DNA of 38,499 bases. It comes from Octopus bimaculoides (Eukaryota). Both the position numbers and the translations under genes were made by a program. The DNA is taken from NCBI RefSeq assembly GCF_001194135.2, contig NC_068992.1, positions 34,673,964 through 34,712,462 of the forward strand, in the 5' to 3' direction. Below the pieces are notes generated by a model. The model saw only the letters and a program-made list of their open reading frames with translations, did no database searches and was not told where the DNA came from. Shown in pieces: positions 33,695 to 38,499 of this stretch. Each line of letters begins with the position of its first letter. The first letter of the stretch is position 1.

Positions 33695-36219
33695 GTAAGT
33701 GTTAACACATGTAATGTAAGGAGCATTAAAATCTAAATAATTATATGGTTAAAGCCAGGCAGAAACAAGTGGTTAAGAAGTTCACTTGACAGCTAAGTTG
33801 TTCTGTGTTTCACCCTACTGTGAAGTACCTGCGCAACTATCCTCTACTCTAGAATTATGTTGATTGATACCTTGTGAGCGAACAGAAAATGTGCACTGGC
33901 CTTTCATACATTTATAACCCCCAGTGTGCTCCATAACCTGATTATAAAACTTTCTAGTCAATGACCAATATTTTTTCAGCAGATACATCTCCATATATGT
34001 TTCAATCTTATGACATTACCAGCAAATCATAGGTTTTCTCATGCTTACCAAATGATGGAAGTATCTCTAAGTAAATGTACAAAATTGTGCACTGATTGGT
34101 ATTGAATAAATAACTCAGATATGCTACCCACACAGTTAGGGTTAACTAAACTGTGTTTGAAATTGTCACCTATAATTACTAATATACTTTAGTTAACTTT
34201 AGTCATTGCCTATTATCATTTTTTCTCACTGCATAATTACTTATTGTTAGCTCTTTGCATTAAATATGTTAAAACTTACTCAGTTATTCCTTTTCATGTA
34301 GATGGTGTCAAGTCCAAAACATCAATAAATAAATCACTACTTTTATATATATGATTATTATCTAGTTTTAGATAAAAATTTGTTTTGGAAAACTATTTTT
34401 GAATATATGAATTAAATTATTGAACAAAATCTAAAAATATCTCTAGTAAAGTGAAAATCTCTTCAATAATCCAAGACAATGAGAAAATCATAGAAGTTTT
34501 CTGGTGTACTTGATTTTAGCTAAGCAGTTTCTATGTTGTTGCACTATCTAGTCATATGAAAATCCAATTATTTTCAACCAGTGTTCCTTCTAATCTGTGC
34601 ACTTGTATGCATGCACACAGGGTTTTCAAGATGAAACCAGATTTTTTTTTTACTGAAGAAATTTGGGCAATAGCAACTTTCATGAATGTGCACATACTTT
34701 GCAAAGAAAGACAAAATTTGCACATTGTACATTTCAGTGGGCACCCAGAGCCAAAACTTAGTGGGAACATTACTCTCAACTCCTTAATATTTATACTTTT
34801 AAACTGTTGTCCCATGTTTTAAGCCTTAAACGATATGCCCATAATAATGACATGAGCCTGTTGTTCTTAATATTTCATCCTTTGTTAGGATATTGATCAT
34901 TAGATAATACAACATGATTTCTATGTCCCATAGAAATACTATCACAGATTTAGGCAACAATATACATTAAGAATGCTTGATATTTGTAAAATATTCAAAT
35001 GGAGGTTCTTTTGAACAGCTCAGTTATTTCAAGTTGATTGCTTATTCCATGTTTAGAGTTACATTCCCAGTTGCTTTGACTCTGCTGTTCAATTTCCCAA
35101 ATCAGCAAAATTGTTTCTGCTACTTTAAATAATCAATAGACACATTGAAAACTTTCAGTTGAAACGCTATCTACCACACATATGTTGAGGTTTCAACATT
35201 TCAGATTGTATGTTACAGATTTCTTTAGTAATAAGTTAATGTCACATTTATAGAGAACTATTTTTAGAGAAAATAGCATCCAAATCTACTGTTTAGCCTA
35301 TGTGTAAACCTAATACCCAAACCATCTGTTAAGTTAGAGGATAATGTCAGTTATGTTTTCTTTTTATTTGCATTTGTCAATGTGCAAAAACAGCCAGATA
35401 TCATAAAATTTTCAAAACTTCTTAGCTAGATTAACTGGCTAAACTTAATTTAGCTAATGCGTAGTTTGAATCAATAAAAATTAGTAGTTATGGGTAAGAA
35501 AGGATGCTATTACAGATGAAGGGAACCCTGGAGAAAAAAAGATTAGATAAAATGTTTATTATAGATAACTGTAAATTATAATTTCATGTTTTTTATGTAC
35601 TGGCACAAAATATATTATTGAAAATCTAAATTAACATTTCAAACGATAAAATAAAATAAACGTCAAATAATAACAAACTTGAGAACTAAACAAATAGACA
35701 AACAATTAATAAATGCAAAAGTAAATAAACAAGAAAATTAATAAACAGAATAAATTAACAAAACAATAAAACAGAAACAAATAGACCAAATACATCAAAT
35801 ATCTTGCCAACTGTCATTTTGCTTTATGCATTAATTTTAAACAAATAAATCATGTTCAAACTCACCTAGGAATAATCTGCTCAAAATAATCAAAGAATTT
35901 TCTTACAGAACATATTGTCTAGAATGACTGATGAATTTCTATTTATAGCACATAGTATTTCATATTAAAGTGATGTGATGTGACTTGTTTTAACAATATG
36001 TAAATGTTTTTAGATATGATATAGAAAGAATTTGAAAAAGACATCGTTCAAATAATTTATAGTTTTGTATCAAACACAGCTTTTTGGCATGTAAAAGTCC
36101 ATATCCACCTTCACATGTATACATTTATCTGTTAACATTTATAAGTAAATACATATACACACTTTCATAAAAACGTTTATATATATATGTATTTAAACAT
36201 ACAGCTGTGTGTGTGTTTA

Positions 36220-36250
<31 letters not shown>

Positions 36251-37899
36251 TTGTGAGCGCGTGTGTTTCTATGTATGTATGGTTCCTATTAGTGCTAGAG
36301 ATAGCATGAAAACAAGAAACCAAGTAGAACCTGTCACATGGTTGAACCATTAATGACTAAACTGGAAACCCTACGGAGCTGTATTACTGAAGAGGGTTTT
36401 CTGTTGAATAACATGCAGGACAGAAAATAAAACCTGCAAAAGAATGGATGAATACAACAGAGTCATGGCCATTTAAAAGTTAGAGATGAGAAACAATTAG
36501 TCTTGTTTAGATATCTAACAGATAGAAATTGCGAAATAACACATGCCTCATTACAAAAGAGTGGTAGATCCTGCACTTGCTCATTTCCTAAATAGTTGGC
36601 ATTGTAGATGAGACTTAGAAGTGTTACGCAAGTTGTTGACTTAAACTTCAGCATGGGTATTGCAGACAGCCATTGTCTCTAACATTTAGGAGATGGTCAT
36701 TTGCCAATGATGAGGTGTGTGTGCTTGGATGTGTATATATATATATATATATATAAACAATATATGAGTATATGCATATATATGTACATGTATATACATA
36801 CCTTCATCTACATGTACATATAGATACATAACTGGGTACATGACATGGCAAAAGAACATAGACAAAATGATAAACAAGGTACAACAAACAAGCAAGCCAC
36901 ATAGAAACATCTCCTTCATCAGCTGCCACCATTATATTTATATNNNNNNNNNNNNNNNNNNNNNNNNNNNNNNNNNNNNNNNNNNNNNNNNNNNNNNNNN
37001 NNNNNNNNNNNNNNNNNNNNNNNNNNNNNNNNNNNNNNNNNNNNNNNNNNNNNNNNNNNNNNNNNNNNNNNNNNNNNNNNNNNNNNNNNNNNNNNNNNNN
37101 NNNNNNNNNNNNNNNNNNNNNNNNNNNNNNNNNNNNNNNNNNNNNNNNNNNNNNNNNNNNNNNNNNNNNNNNNNNNNNNNNNNNNNNNNNNNNNNNNNNN
37201 NNNNNNNNNNNNNNNNNNNNNNNNNNNNNNNNNNNNNNNNNNNNNNNNNNNNNNNNNNNNNNNNNNNNNNNNNNNNNNNNNNNNNNNNNNNNNNNNNNNN
37301 NNNNNNNNNNNNNNNNNNNNNNNNNNNNNNNNNNNNNNNNNNNNNNNNNNNNNNNNNNNNNNNNNNNNNNNNNNNNNNNNNNNNNNNNNNNNNNNNNNNN
37401 NNNNNNNNNNNNNNNNNNNNNNNNNNNNNNNNNNNNNNNNNNNNNNNNNNNNNNNNNNNNNNNCTGCACGTGGAGAAATAATAGGAAAATGAAAAATAAT
37501 AATAAGGCAGAATGCTAAACTGAAAGCATATTTTAATATAGATTTCTAACCGGCTTTCATTGCATGGCAAATTTTGAAGAAGAAGGAGAATGAAAATGTT
37601 TTTTTACAAAGAAGTAAAAAATAATATATAAAAAAATTAATATATAAAAAAATATATATACCAATACGTTATATTGTCTTTGAGCTTTTAAAGTTCAATG
37701 GTAATCCATGTAGATAATAGTTGAGAGTTGTGTTAGGTTTAAAAAAAGAAAAGGGGCTCAAGGTTTATGTGTTAAGCAGGAAGTGTGGTGTCCAAACACG
37801 AAGTGTGTGTAAGGGAAGACAAATCTGTGGGTTTTATACACTGTAGTTGGAGATCTGGACTCTTTGTCAACAGGAAGTTTTTGTCTGTTCTTAGAGAAA

Positions 37900-38010
37900 T
37901 ATGGTCACTGAGTGGTTTGTGTGTTAAGAAGTGGTTGGAATTTCTCTATGAAAAGATTCTCCTTGTTGTGTGTGTGAGAGAATACTGGTGATCTTAACGT
38001 ATGTGTGTAT
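37900..38010 (-). mobile_element. Possible PLE GIY-YIG C-terminal relic
   Basis: KENLFIEKFQPLLN resembles the ExxxIxxxxPxLN end of PLE endonucleases; a short motif only. Confidence 0.35.
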
Positions 38011-38129
38011 GTAGGTGTGAAGGTATGAAAATGTGGGGATGGGAATTGGTCAGTGCTGGTGTGTGCGTGGTGGTGTGTTGTGAAGTGATGTGATGCGTGA
38101 TATGGTGTAGCTTGGTGTGATATGAACGT

Positions 38130-38400
38130 GTTGAGAGGAGGGGGAGGCAAGAGATGGGAAAGCATAGGTGGATGTGGGTTAGGCTGAGGGTGTGGTGTAA
38201 GGGTGGAGTATGTGGGTAGGCAGTGATTGGAGTAGGTGGGGGTATGTGGGTAGGTAGAAGGTGGAGTATGTGGGAGAGGGTGTAGGGGTGTGGTGTAAGG
38301 GTGAGGTGTAAGGGATGAGATGGGGTGGGATGGGAAGGAATGGGAAGGTGAGTATGAGAGAAGGGGAAGATAGGTATGGGAGGAGGGGGAAAGAGAGGAG
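38130..38400 (+). repeat. G-rich low-complexity tract with G-quadruplex potential
   Basis: Many GGG runs; a canonical G3N1-7 match at 38312-38334 (GGGATGAGATGGGGTGGGATGGG). Confidence 0.8.
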
Positions 38401-38499
38401 AGAGAAATATATATATATATATTCACATATACATATATATATATATACAACTATATACATAAATATACAAATATACACAAGCGTATATATAGGTATATA

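Larger units (their letters stand above)
867..37463. other. Assembly gaps: 867-898, 6885-6906, 14830-14927, 31041-31391, 36944-37463
   Basis: N-runs, mostly beside microsatellites or repeats. Confidence 1.

Noticed and set aside
34556-34822. Overlapping 87-88 aa ORFs on both strands
   Set aside because: No motifs and no convincing splice pair; length is within chance expectation.
35909-35950. NILSRMTDEFLFIA resembles TERT motif C; KLVKFCKALWKDL (21400-21440) resembles the T motif
   Set aside because: DE instead of the catalytic DD, no FFYxTE, motif A or QG motif, and no convincing donor site.
30777-37570. Long ORFs in the track (up to 233 aa) near 31000, 37000 and 14700-15030
   Set aside because: They are read-through of N gaps, not coding sequence.

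Overview
AT-rich, repeat-dense eukaryotic DNA from a gapped draft assembly (5 N-runs). The tRNA-derived SINE families and the RTE tail ending in (GAT)n look like those I recall from Octopus/coleoid cephalopods; this is recognition, not a database result. There is no intact long gene, rRNA, true tRNA or CRISPR array. Most of the window is decayed transposons: Penelope-like (PLE) relics, two RTE LINEs (an old one split by a 4.7-kb insert that contains the younger one), an R4/Dong-type LINE, a hAT fragment, three mariners, a piggyBac-like MITE and about ten SINE pieces. Three phase-compatible + strand exon candidates (32498-33694) suggest the window is largely intronic to an unidentified host gene. 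Best second-look items: a minimal hammerhead-ribozyme-like motif in the first PLE, a stop-free C4HC3 PHD-type finger inside the RT of the younger RTE, a duplicated unidentified coding relic with synonymous-biased divergence, a ~1.5-kb foldback, and a 52-bp palindrome fused to a duplicated 200-bp segment. All coordinates were read by eye; transposon boundaries are approximate.
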